Source: Candidatus Cloacimonadales bacterium (lineage in GTDB: Bacteria > Cloacimonadota > Cloacimonadia > Cloacimonadales > JAFGVF01). Taken from it: a stretch of DNA of 64,000 nt. The notes beneath the pieces are model-generated. The model was not told the origin of the DNA. It worked only from the letters and a program-made list of their open reading frames with translations, and did no database searches. Made by a program: the position numbers and the translations under genes. The stretch lies in NCBI GenBank assembly GCA_963667035.1, contig OY762964.1, positions 2,656,001 through 2,720,000 on the forward strand, in the 5' to 3' direction. The stretch's first letter is position 1. Each line of letters opens with the position of its first letter. Below, in pieces: positions 10,154 through 20,071 of this stretch.

Positions 10154-11243
10154 TAAGAGTAATAACAGGATAAGCTTTCTGGGTGATATAAGCCTAAACG
10201 GTGAATATATAGAATTACACAAAAGGAATAACACTCCTTTTGAGGCAGTAAGGGAAATCTTGAATGAGAGCAGTCTTGTTGTAGGTAATTTAGAGTGTCT
10301 GTTAGAAAGTGAACAAGGTGAAAATGTTTTAAAAAAACCGCGATTGAAGACATCTAAATCTACTTTTAATTTTCTAAAAGATATTAACTTAGGCTTAGCA
10401 CTATTAGCACATAATCATGTTTACGATAACCTTGAAGAGGGATTACGAAATACACTCGATTTTCTTGATGAAAATAATATCCCCTACATTGGTGCAGGCT
10501 TTACTGAGGAGCAAGCTAACAAAGAGTATTCTACTATACTTAATGATCATAAGGTTTGTATACTTAATTATGTTGATAAGGATACGAATCCAAACATACC
10601 TGCGGATGCCGGAGTTTTTGTTAATATCTTCGATGAGACAAAGGTACAGCAAAGACTAAGTCAGTTAAGAGATAAATATGACATAATTGTTCTGTGTCTT
10701 CATTGGGGAGGTAGATGTGAAGGTGGTTACTATCCTGATTGGCATCAAAGAGGTTTAGCAAAGAGATTATTTGAATATGGTGCCGATTTAATAGTAGGAA
10801 GCCATTCACATACCTTACAACCTTATGAGATAATCAATGATAAATCCATATACTATAGCTTAGGAAACTTTTGTTTTGCCGATATTTCTAGTGATGGAAG
10901 ACATATAGAAATTGCAAATGGCAGGCAAACAGAGTCATGTATTGTTAGTATTGATTTGTTTGACAAAACATATAAAACAAATATTGTTCCGATAGTGAAT
11001 GATAATTTACATGTTAAAGTTGATGCAAGTGTATTAAGAAGATACAAGAAAAGAATGATTTGGTTTAAGCTAATAAACGGTAACAAAATTGCCTGGAAAT
11101 TGTACTATTTAAAGCTTAAATTTCTTAATCCTGTATTCTTCTATTTCTTTGGAAACGATAGGTCGTTTATTGAGCAATGTAAAAAAGTGGATCTAGGTAA
11201 GGCACAACGCTATATAAGGAGTGCATTATGGAAAAGAAAATAG
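10143..11243 (+). CDS. CapA/PGA_cap-family metallophosphoesterase-like protein
   Basis: Motifs GDI, GNLE, AHNHVYD, LHWG, GADLIVGSHSH and YSLGNF. Confidence 0.88.
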   Translation: MVNNKSNNRISFLGDISLNGEYIELHKRNNTPFEAVREILNESSLVVGNLECLLESEQGENVLKKPRLKTSKSTFNFLKDINLGLALLAHNHVYDNLEEGLRNTLDFLDENNIPYIGAGFTEEQANKEYSTILNDHKVCILNYVDKDTNPNIPADAGVFVNIFDETKVQQRLSQLRDKYDIIVLCLHWGGRCEGGYYPDWHQRGLAKRLFEYGADLIVGSHSHTLQPYEIINDKSIYYSLGNFCFADISSDGRHIEIANGRQTESCIVSIDLFDKTYKTNIVPIVNDNLHVKVDASVLRRYKKRMIWFKLINGNKIAWKLYYLKLKFLNPVFFYFFGNDRSFIEQCKKVDLGKAQRYIRSALWKRK

Positions 11244-12250
11244 TTTTGCTTGTTGATTATAAAGGACATTTTGGCTCGAAGCAAAAAGCTTCTGCTTATA
11301 GAGCCGGTATGGATAAAGATTTATTATCAAAATACTTCAAAGAGCTAGGGTATGAGACTACTTATTTACCCTTCTCAGAAGTTGATTACAGTAACAATTG
11401 GAAAGATATAATTGTGCTTTACACTTCTCAGGAGGATGTCGGATACCTATACAAAAGCTATATAGAGGATGTAGTGTATGGATTGGAATTGGCTGGAGCT
11501 ATCGTAATTCCAAGCTATAAGTTTTTAAAAGCCAATAACAACAAAGTATTTATGGAGATTTTGCGAACTCAAAATATTAAAGAGGATTATACTTCAATCA
11601 CCAGTAAGCATTTCGGAGCTTATGAGGATTACTCGAAAATAGAGATTGAAGAATATCCGGTTGTGTTAAAGAAAGCTGAAGGTGCAATGAGTTCGGGAGT
11701 TTATTTAGGTAGGAATAAAGATGACCTTGATAGATTAGTAAAAAAAGTTAGTTCTTCACAGGTAATAAAAGACCAATTAAAAGAGATAGCTAGAACTTAT
11801 AAGCATAAAGGATATAAAGTAGAATCTAAATACAGAAGAAAGTTTATAATTCAGAATCTTATACCGAATTTAAAGAAGGATTGTAAAATATTGGTCTATG
11901 GAAACAAGTACTATTTTTTATATAGGGATGTTCGAAAAAATGACTTTAGAGCAAGTGGAAGCGGAAATTTCTATTTTGACCATAATTATCAAGAAGGTAT
12001 GTTGGATTTTGCGAAAAGTATTTATGATAGGTTACAGATACCTCAATTATCAATTGATGTATGTTTTGATGGAAAGAACTTCCACCTAATAGAGTTTCAA
12101 GCAGTTTATTTCGGTACAACAACATTGGAGAAATCGGAGTTTTTCTATGAGTATAAAAATAACGTTTTCAATCTTGTTGAGGAAAAATCAATTCTAGAAA
12201 AAGTATATGCTGAATCAATTAGCAGTTATTTATCATCTTTAACCAGATAA
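11228..12250 (+). CDS. RimK-like ATP-grasp ligase
   Basis: Motifs NNKVFME, YPVVLK..GAMSSGV, IIQNLIP, DFRASGSG and IDV...HLIEF. Confidence 0.75.
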   Translation: MEKKIVLLVDYKGHFGSKQKASAYRAGMDKDLLSKYFKELGYETTYLPFSEVDYSNNWKDIIVLYTSQEDVGYLYKSYIEDVVYGLELAGAIVIPSYKFLKANNNKVFMEILRTQNIKEDYTSITSKHFGAYEDYSKIEIEEYPVVLKKAEGAMSSGVYLGRNKDDLDRLVKKVSSSQVIKDQLKEIARTYKHKGYKVESKYRRKFIIQNLIPNLKKDCKILVYGNKYYFLYRDVRKNDFRASGSGNFYFDHNYQEGMLDFAKSIYDRLQIPQLSIDVCFDGKNFHLIEFQAVYFGTTTLEKSEFFYEYKNNVFNLVEEKSILEKVYAESISSYLSSLTR

Positions 12251-12265
12251 CTAGTGGAGAATACT

Positions 12266-13699
12266 ATGAAAAAATATTACTGGGGTTTATTAATAATACT
12301 AGTTCTAAGTATAATTGCATGTGATAATGATGTAGTTGAAGTTACTAAGTATAATCTTTCAGGAAACATAACTTTTCAAGATGTGAATGGAGACCAGATA
12401 GATGAAAATGATCAAGTAGGAATCGTTAGATTGTTCTTAGCTAATAGCGATTCCATAGATTATAATGATTCAGAGAATGATTATGATTTTGTTGGAGTTG
12501 ATTTCTCATTAGATAATGTTTCAAGCTACCATACTAGAACTGATTGGTTAAGGGAGACTGAGGTAAGTAATTCATACAAATTTTCAGAAGTTACTCCTGA
12601 TAATTATGTCATCTATTATGAGTTCGATGATTATGGCTGGGGATATCAATTAGTAAATTTAGCTAATAATGCTACTAAAGATATTATCATAAGAAAGAGT
12701 TTTGAGTTATTCGGAGAGATTAATGAGCCTATAACTATAGGTCCTAATCAACATGTAATAATGGCAAATGATATAATAATCAATCCCGGTTCCGGTTTAA
12801 CTATATTAGAGAACTCTATTATTGAAATTCAGAACGGAAAGATTGTTAACAATGGTGAGTTAAACATTGAAGGAAGTATTGATAAACCTATTCTTATTAC
12901 TCATTCTGAGGGTGTTTATAGTTGGGAAAGAATTATTCTTGAAGCCGGTAGTAATACTAACATTCATCATGCTATTCTACTTGATTCCCAAAATGGTTTT
13001 GAAATCAAATCATCCAGCAACAGTATTAGCAATGTAGCAATAGTGAACTGTTTCGGTACAGCTGTATCTTACAAAGATTGTGATGGTAGTTTCACTAACA
13101 ATTTGATTCATAATGCAAATGATGGAATTGAGATTAATGGCTCAGATATTATTTGTGCTTCTCCGGATATAATTCGTTGTGTTATAAATGATTTAAAGAG
13201 TTCTGAAAATAGAGGTATTAGAATTTGTAACTCATCACAAGCTAATATTACTGATAATATTATTAATAATTGTTCTTATGGTATTGAGTCTGTTAGAGAA
13301 GTTCATAATGTAATAAGTACTGAGATAGCGATAAAGTACAACTTGATTACTAATTGTAGCATGTGGGGATGTAATTTTAGCAGAACAACACCGATACTTC
13401 AATATAATACAATAAGAGATTCTCGTGCAGGTGTTAGGTTTTTGAATGTAGATTTAAGTTTTGACCATAACAATTTTGAGAATTTCACATTTTGGGCTGT
13501 AGGATTGTTTTATAGAAGTGGTGGTAATACTATTAATGCAAATAGGAATTGGTGGGGAACAACAGACATTGCTGAATTAAGTCAATTGATGTTGGATGAG
13601 TCAGATGAACCACAAGGAGATCCTGTTGGTATAGTAACATACGATATTGTCTTAACCTCAGAAGTTAAAACAGCTTTTCCAAGAGTGAATAATGATTAA
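12266..13699 (+). CDS. Lipoprotein with right-handed parallel beta-helix repeats
   Basis: Lipobox MKK...IIAC with GGAG upstream of the ATG at 12266. Asn-rich ITDNIINN/IKYNLITN repeats and INANRNWWG. Confidence 0.7.
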   Translation: MKKYYWGLLIILVLSIIACDNDVVEVTKYNLSGNITFQDVNGDQIDENDQVGIVRLFLANSDSIDYNDSENDYDFVGVDFSLDNVSSYHTRTDWLRETEVSNSYKFSEVTPDNYVIYYEFDDYGWGYQLVNLANNATKDIIIRKSFELFGEINEPITIGPNQHVIMANDIIINPGSGLTILENSIIEIQNGKIVNNGELNIEGSIDKPILITHSEGVYSWERIILEAGSNTNIHHAILLDSQNGFEIKSSSNSISNVAIVNCFGTAVSYKDCDGSFTNNLIHNANDGIEINGSDIICASPDIIRCVINDLKSSENRGIRICNSSQANITDNIINNCSYGIESVREVHNVISTEIAIKYNLITNCSMWGCNFSRTTPILQYNTIRDSRAGVRFLNVDLSFDHNNFENFTFWAVGLFYRSGGNTINANRNWWGTTDIAELSQLMLDESDEPQGDPVGIVTYDIVLTSEVKTAFPRVNND

Positions 13700-14855
13700 A
13701 AGAGTTTTTATACTTGGAGATCATGTCCAAGGTCTTGGAGTTATTCGTATTTGTAAAAAACTGGGAGTTAAAACGGTTCTTTTTAACTCTGAGAGAGCAA
13801 GCATTGCCAGATTCTCAAAATATCTAGATGTCTTTATATATTATAAAGATGACAATGAGTTGCTATCACAGTTGGTAAAAAGAATGTGCTCTATCGAAAC
13901 ATTAATTATACCTACTAACGATACTTTGGTTAAACTTGTTAGTGATAACAGAGAATTACTTAAGGAATACAAGTTTAACTTACCTTCTCACAATACTACT
14001 ATGCTATGCTTTGATAAAGTATTGACATACAAAAAGGCAGAAGAACTTGGAATCCCTTTTCCAAAATCTTATTATCCTGAATCAATTGAGGATTTAGTAA
14101 AGATAATACCGGATATACGGTTTCCGGTTATTATTAAACCGGCAGTTATGACTACATTTCTGAAGTATACAGGTAAAAAGGCTCTTCTTTGTAATTCTAT
14201 TGATGAGCTAACTGAAAACTATGAGTTAAGTCTAAAAGCTGTTCCCGCTAAAGAGATAATCATACAAGAGTTCTTACCTGGTGGTCCTAAAAATCTATAT
14301 TCATACGGTTCTTTTTTTGCCGAAGGTAAATCATGGGCAAGCTTTATTGCTAATCGATGTAGGCAAAGACCTTTTACATTTGGAAGAGCAACTACATATG
14401 CTGTTTCTGTTGTAAATAAGGAAATTGATGCCTTGGCAGAAAAGCTGTTAGCGGAAATAGATTACTTTGGTGTATCGGAAACTGAGTTTATGTATGATGA
14501 GATTACAAAAGAATTTAAACTTCTAGAAATTAATCCAAGAACATGGAAATGGCATTCAATGGCTAACATTATTGGTATTAGCCCTTTAGAATCTTTAATA
14601 AAGTATCTGAATAATGATCCAAATTTAATACTTCAGAGAAATGAAAGAGAGGATTTGGCATGGATAGAAAGAATGATAGATACTTTTATTGTTCTTAAAG
14701 AGCTTAGTAAGGGAAACAAATCCAGAATAAAACTAAAAGATTACTTGATGAGTTTGAACAAAAAAAAGGAGTATGCTGTATGGAGTTGGAAGGATCCTTT
14801 ACCGGCTATAATGTATGCTTTGTTAACTCCTTATCTGAAATATAAAAGAGGTTAG
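13692..14855 (+). CDS. ATP-grasp ligase, D-aspartate-ligase-like
   Basis: Motifs LIIPTND, DKVLTY, FPVIIKP, IIQEFLPG and FKLLEINPRTW. Confidence 0.8.
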   Translation: MIKRVFILGDHVQGLGVIRICKKLGVKTVLFNSERASIARFSKYLDVFIYYKDDNELLSQLVKRMCSIETLIIPTNDTLVKLVSDNRELLKEYKFNLPSHNTTMLCFDKVLTYKKAEELGIPFPKSYYPESIEDLVKIIPDIRFPVIIKPAVMTTFLKYTGKKALLCNSIDELTENYELSLKAVPAKEIIIQEFLPGGPKNLYSYGSFFAEGKSWASFIANRCRQRPFTFGRATTYAVSVVNKEIDALAEKLLAEIDYFGVSETEFMYDEITKEFKLLEINPRTWKWHSMANIIGISPLESLIKYLNNDPNLILQRNEREDLAWIERMIDTFIVLKELSKGNKSRIKLKDYLMSLNKKKEYAVWSWKDPLPAIMYALLTPYLKYKRG

Positions 14856-14856
14856 A

Positions 14857-15654
14857 ATGATATATTACTTAATAAATGCGACTATTGCTATGGTTGTTCC
14901 TTTCTTGATTTATGCTTTTTTACATAAAAAAACCAATGTAAACTATTCACTGATAGTAAAGGATTTACTGATTGTTCAGTTTGTATCTCTTCTCTTCGGA
15001 TTCTTGTTTGTTGATAGTGTTAGTTGGCTGAGTATTGCAATCACGATTGTTTGTATCCCTATCATGGTATTTGGGGATTTAATGGTTAGGTTTTTCAGAA
15101 AACCAAAAAGAACTACTGATGCAGGTATCGATGATGTTGTTTCTGCTGCTGATGGAAATGTGATTTATGTTAAGCATATTGAAGCTAATACAACACCAAT
15201 ATCAATTAAAAAGAGCAATATCTCCAAACTATCAGAGTTAACAAAGACTGACATTTTAACTCAGCCATGTTGGTTAGTGGGTATTAACATGACCCCTTAT
15301 GATGTTCATAACAACTGTGCTCCTGTTAGCGGAGAGATAATTTTAAATAAACATTTTGATGGCAAGTACTTATCTTTGAAACTGGGAGAAGCACTGATAG
15401 AGAATGAACGAAATACTATGGTCTTTAAAAGAGATGACGGACTCATTTTTGGGATGGTACAGATTGCCTCTAAAAGAGTAAGAAGAATTGTTACGTACAA
15501 GAAAGTCGGTGATAAAGTTAAAAGAGGTGAATACGTTGGAATGATTAAATTCGGCTCTCAAGTAGATTTAATAATACCGGATAACTATGAGATAATGGTT
15601 AATCTTAAAGACCAAGTATATGCGGGTAAGACAACAGTAGCGAAAAGAAAATGA
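14857..15654 (+). CDS. Phosphatidylserine-decarboxylase-family proenzyme (short type, N-terminal TM helices)
   Basis: Motifs FFRKP, SAADG, DVH..APVSG, ENERN and MIKFGSQVD (Gly-Ser self-cleavage site, ~15553). Confidence 0.85.
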   Translation: MIYYLINATIAMVVPFLIYAFLHKKTNVNYSLIVKDLLIVQFVSLLFGFLFVDSVSWLSIAITIVCIPIMVFGDLMVRFFRKPKRTTDAGIDDVVSAADGNVIYVKHIEANTTPISIKKSNISKLSELTKTDILTQPCWLVGINMTPYDVHNNCAPVSGEIILNKHFDGKYLSLKLGEALIENERNTMVFKRDDGLIFGMVQIASKRVRRIVTYKKVGDKVKRGEYVGMIKFGSQVDLIIPDNYEIMVNLKDQVYAGKTTVAKRK

Positions 15655-16727
15655 ATATTTTAATTGATATTGGGCATCCCGGTCATGTGCATCTCTTTAG
15701 AAATTTTGCTTTGAATATGCAACAAAAAGGACATAAGATATTGTTTACGGCTAGGCAGAAAGAGTTTGAAATAGAGCTATTATCAGCTGCCGAACTAAAT
15801 TATGTGTCATTTGGAAATCATAAATCAAGCAAAGTCGATAAAATAATAGGTTTGTTTGATTTTACTTTCAAAATGTTGAAAACAGCTATAAGCTTTAAAG
15901 CAGATCTTTTAATGAGTCACGGATCTCCGTATTCTGCTTGGGTGGCAGGAATCATAAACAAACCCCATATTTCTTTCGAAGATACTGGTAACTGGGAACA
16001 GATAAAATTATACCTTCCCTTTACGAAAGCAGTACTTACTTCAGATGTATTTCCTTATAATTATCCGGGTAAGCAGATAAGATATAGGGGACATCATGAG
16101 CTGGCATATCTTAATCCAAAGTACTTTAAACCTGATGCGAGTATATACGAATTCTTAAAAATAAGTGAAGATACTAAATTTGCTATCCTAAGATTTGTTT
16201 CATGGAATGCAACTCATGATGAAGGGCAAAGTGGTATGAGTAATAAGCTCAAAAAAGAAGTGCTTAGATTGTTACTAGAAAAAGGATATAAAGTTTTTGT
16301 ATCTGGTGAAACACAGCTTCCTGAAGAGTTTGAGCCTTATAAAATAAGTATTCCTCCTCATATGATGCACGATGCGTTGTATTTTGCAGAAGTCTTCATT
16401 GGAGAGGGAGCTACAATGGCGATGGAAGCAGGTGTTCTTGGAACAGCTTCATTCTACATCAATACTTTACAAAGGTCATATTGTCTGGATTTAGAGAAAT
16501 ATAAACTTTGCTATAACTTCATTAACTCTGATGGAGTCCTGGATAAGTTGGAATTAGTCCTTGCAGAAAGTAATTATAAGAATTTATACCAAATGAGAGC
16601 TCAACAGTTTATGAAAGATAAAATTGATGTTACTGAGTTTACGGAATGGTTTGTGGAGAATTATCCCGAAAGCTTTAAAATTATGACCGTAAAACCTGAT
16701 TTTCAAGATAGATTTAATAATGAATAA
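15651..16727 (+). CDS. DUF354-family protein (putative glycosyltransferase)
   Basis: Motifs DIGHPGHVH, HELAYL, RFVSWNATHD and GATMAMEAGVLG. Confidence 0.8.
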   Translation: MNILIDIGHPGHVHLFRNFALNMQQKGHKILFTARQKEFEIELLSAAELNYVSFGNHKSSKVDKIIGLFDFTFKMLKTAISFKADLLMSHGSPYSAWVAGIINKPHISFEDTGNWEQIKLYLPFTKAVLTSDVFPYNYPGKQIRYRGHHELAYLNPKYFKPDASIYEFLKISEDTKFAILRFVSWNATHDEGQSGMSNKLKKEVLRLLLEKGYKVFVSGETQLPEEFEPYKISIPPHMMHDALYFAEVFIGEGATMAMEAGVLGTASFYINTLQRSYCLDLEKYKLCYNFINSDGVLDKLELVLAESNYKNLYQMRAQQFMKDKIDVTEFTEWFVENYPESFKIMTVKPDFQDRFNNE

Positions 16728-17490
16728 AGACTTCTCATTTGATCAGTACGAGTTATTGCTGAAAACCGCAATAAAGCAGGGATATCATTGTATTGGAGTC
16801 TCTGAATCAATATCAGATAATCACAATAAAGTTTTAATTATTCGACATGATGTTGACAGGAAGCCGTCAAAATCGTTGAAGATGGCTAAAATTGAACAAA
16901 TACTATTTTGCAGAGCAACCTACTATTTTCGAGCAAAACCAGTAAGCTTTGATGAGGACGTTATCCATGGAATCAGTTCATTAAATCATGAAATTGGATT
17001 TCATTATGAGAATCTATGCGATACAAATGGAGATATTGTTAAGGCATTCTCAAACTTTAAAGAAAATCTCTCAAGTTTTACCAATCTGGGTTATAAAATT
17101 AACTCAATTGCAATGCATGGTAGACCTGCAAGCCCTTACGATAGTAAAGATATTTGGAAAAAGTACGATTATAAAAAATTAGGGATTTCTAATGAAACAT
17201 TCTTTGATTTTGATTATAATAAAATCCTGTATGTTACAGATGCCGGGAGAGCTTGGAGTAATGACTCGGTTAATAAAAGGGATAGGGTTGAATCAAAGCT
17301 TAATTTTAAAATTGATAGTTTAAGCATGTTTATAAAAGAGCTAAATCAAGGAAGTCTTCCTAACACGATTATGATTAATATACATCCAGAGCATTGGGCA
17401 GAAAATGTATTAGAATGGTACATTATCCATGTAAAGAGAACTCTAAGAAACATAGTAAAGAAAACATTGTTAAGGCTAAAGCTTATATGA
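16720..17490 (+). CDS. Polysaccharide-deacetylase-like protein
   Basis: Motifs RHDVD, ATYYF, HEIGFH, MHG and IHPEHW. Confidence 0.7.
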   Translation: MNKDFSFDQYELLLKTAIKQGYHCIGVSESISDNHNKVLIIRHDVDRKPSKSLKMAKIEQILFCRATYYFRAKPVSFDEDVIHGISSLNHEIGFHYENLCDTNGDIVKAFSNFKENLSSFTNLGYKINSIAMHGRPASPYDSKDIWKKYDYKKLGISNETFFDFDYNKILYVTDAGRAWSNDSVNKRDRVESKLNFKIDSLSMFIKELNQGSLPNTIMINIHPEHWAENVLEWYIIHVKRTLRNIVKKTLLRLKLI

Positions 17491-19100
17491 AAAAAAGATT
17501 CTGGTTTTTAAGTTATTTTGTCCTAGATATGCTACTTATCTTTGGCTCTTTTGCATTAGTAGCATGGTATATGAAAGGAACACGTAATATCCTAAAAGAC
17601 TATAGTAAACCATTCTTGGGCTATCTTTTTACTTGGCAACTTGCCGGATTATGGGGTGGAAAATACACTATTAGGAAAAAGAATTCAGTTCAAGATATTT
17701 GGAAATCAATCGTTGTTAATGATGTATTTGCAATAGCGGTAATAGTTTGTGCAATACTCTTCTTTAAAAGATTCACATATTCTCAGTCGTTAGTATTCGG
17801 TACAATGGTTCTATCTGTAGGATCTGAGTTAATAATTTTCACTCTACTATATTACTCTTTCAGATTCTATCTTGATAACCCGAGTTTTGCAAAAACGACC
17901 TTAGTAACCAAATCAAGAATGCTGGAAGAGATTCCTTCAGGTATTGAGAACAAGAAATACAATCCTATATCTGATCAGGATAGTCTACCTACTGACTATT
18001 GCTCAGATAATAAATATGCACCTTTTACAGATAGAGGTGATTTGAGCGTTAGGACTGATTTAAAGAGAAACTATTTATCCGGTAAAGTAAAACTGTTTAA
18101 TTTCTTGGATGAGTTTGTTGAGTTGAAAAACATAAGTAAGAATGATTCTCTAGTTATTAATAGTCAGACATTCTATAATATAGAGGTGATTGAGAAAGAT
18201 TCAAAAGAGTTGTTTGTTAATCTACATCGAATTAACGATTTTAGGCGTATAAACAAATTCTTGATTCAATTAAATGAAATTATAAAACCCGATGGTATAT
18301 TGGTTGCTAATGTTGAAACATTTCAGGAGCAAAAGCATCAGTTAATGAAGAAATATACTTCTTTTTTTGGAAGTATAATATACATGTTTGATTTCTGTTT
18401 TAGAAGAGTTTTCCCAAAAGTAATGCTACTTAAGGGTCTATACTTTGCATTAACAAAAGGGAGGAATAGGGCTTTATCCGAGACGGAAGTATTGGGTAGA
18501 TTATATTACTGTGGATTTGAGCTAATTGAAAGCAGAAAAATAGGGACAAGACTTTATCTCATCGCCAGGAAAATTCAGAATCCTAAGAATGATGATAACC
18601 CTTCCTATGGACCGTTAATCAAATTGCGTAGAAGGGGAAAGAACGGTAAGACAATATTTTTATACAAAATTAGAACAATGCACCCATATTCAGAGTATTT
18701 ACAGAATTATATCTATAAAAAATACAAATTACAGAAAGGTGGCAAGTTTGCTAATGATCCTCGTGTTACAAGTTGGGGAAAAGTTTTCAGAAAGCTTTGG
18801 ATTGATGAGTTACCTCAGTTTATAAACTTCTTCAAGGGTGAAGTTGGATTAGTTGGCGTAAGAGCCTTAAGTGAGCACTATTTTAGTTTATATCCTGAGG
18901 ATGTACAGGAACTAAGGATAAAGGTTAAACCTGGATTGCTACCCCCATTTTATGCTGATATGCCAGAGAGCTTTGAAGAGATAGTGCAATCGGAAAAACG
19001 ATATCTGCTTAAAAAGTTAAAGCACCCGATTATCACAGATTTTACATACTTCTTCAAGTGCATGTTCAACATCTTGATTAAAAAAGTGAGAAGCCACTAA
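17487..19100 (+). CDS. Priming polyprenyl-phosphate sugar phosphotransferase (Bac_transf domain)
   Basis: N-terminal TM helices, then C-terminal YKIRTM, DPRVT..GK..RKLWIDELPQ, LVGVR and VKPG. ATG 17487 overlaps the upstream TGA, so it is preferred over the 17394 start. Confidence 0.85.
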   Translation: MKKRFWFLSYFVLDMLLIFGSFALVAWYMKGTRNILKDYSKPFLGYLFTWQLAGLWGGKYTIRKKNSVQDIWKSIVVNDVFAIAVIVCAILFFKRFTYSQSLVFGTMVLSVGSELIIFTLLYYSFRFYLDNPSFAKTTLVTKSRMLEEIPSGIENKKYNPISDQDSLPTDYCSDNKYAPFTDRGDLSVRTDLKRNYLSGKVKLFNFLDEFVELKNISKNDSLVINSQTFYNIEVIEKDSKELFVNLHRINDFRRINKFLIQLNEIIKPDGILVANVETFQEQKHQLMKKYTSFFGSIIYMFDFCFRRVFPKVMLLKGLYFALTKGRNRALSETEVLGRLYYCGFELIESRKIGTRLYLIARKIQNPKNDDNPSYGPLIKLRRRGKNGKTIFLYKIRTMHPYSEYLQNYIYKKYKLQKGGKFANDPRVTSWGKVFRKLWIDELPQFINFFKGEVGLVGVRALSEHYFSLYPEDVQELRIKVKPGLLPPFYADMPESFEEIVQSEKRYLLKKLKHPIITDFTYFFKCMFNILIKKVRSH

Positions 19101-20050
19101 TGAGAGTTCTTTTTGTTAGTAGTGGCTCTAGAATAGGTTTATCCCCTATCATTAAAAATCAAGGAGAATCACTTAAAAGAGAAGGAATTGATATTGAATA
19201 CTATTTGCTAAAACATAGTGGGATAGTTGGATACATCAAATCAATACCGGAGTTAAAGCAATACCTAAAGAATAATAAATTTGATATTATACATGCTCAT
19301 TATGGTTATTGCGGAATTGTGTCGCATTTTGCAAGGTCAAAGGAGAAGCTTGTTGTTTCAATGATGGGCTCAGAATTCTTATGGAGCAAAATCTCAAAAA
19401 AGAAATGTGCCGGTTTTATTCATAAGACCTTAAACAATCTTTTTTGTCGATATTATGACCATATTATTGTTAAATCAAGAGAGTTGTTTTCTTACCTTGA
19501 CAAAGAAAATGATAATTCTTCTGTCATTCCTAATGGTGTTTCTTTTGAAAGATTTAAACCGATAAATAATGAGATAGCAAGGGATTTCTTGAAATGGTCT
19601 AAAGATGAATATTATTTTGTCTTTCCCGGAAACGATGAAAGACCTGAAAAGAATTTTAAATTAGCTAAAGAAAGTGTATTGAAAACAGGTTTAGATATAA
19701 ATATCATTCCTTTTAAGAATATCCCCAATGAAGACCTTGTATATTACTATAATGCAGCAGATTTAGTATTATTTACTTCTGTTTATGAAGGATCACCGAA
19801 TGTGATAAAAGAGGCTTTGGCGTGTAATGCCAAAATAATATCCACACCATGTGGAGATGTTCCGGAGATATTATCGGGATGTACAGGTTGCAGATTAGTA
19901 GATTATGATAGCGAGTCAATAAAAAAGGCAATTGTTGAGCTTTTAAATAGTAATGAGCAATCAAACGGTAGAGAAGTCATCGTTTATCTACAAGATAATA
20001 TTATTGCTTCAAAGATAGTTAAAATTTATGAATCATTATTAATAGCGTAA
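19100..20050 (+). CDS. Glycosyltransferase family 4
   Basis: Motifs HAHY, IPNGV and TSVYEGSPNVIKEALACN. Confidence 0.88.
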   Translation: MRVLFVSSGSRIGLSPIIKNQGESLKREGIDIEYYLLKHSGIVGYIKSIPELKQYLKNNKFDIIHAHYGYCGIVSHFARSKEKLVVSMMGSEFLWSKISKKKCAGFIHKTLNNLFCRYYDHIIVKSRELFSYLDKENDNSSVIPNGVSFERFKPINNEIARDFLKWSKDEYYFVFPGNDERPEKNFKLAKESVLKTGLDINIIPFKNIPNEDLVYYYNAADLVLFTSVYEGSPNVIKEALACNAKIISTPCGDVPEILSGCTGCRLVDYDSESIKKAIVELLNSNEQSNGREVIVYLQDNIIASKIVKIYESLLIA

Positions 20051-20071
20051 TCTCTTTTATAAGGAGTAGAA

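Noticed and set aside
17394..17486. Extended N-terminus of the sugar transferase given in the ORF track
   Set aside because: The TTG start lies deep inside the upstream gene. The ATGA overlap at 17487 fits the operon's coupling pattern.
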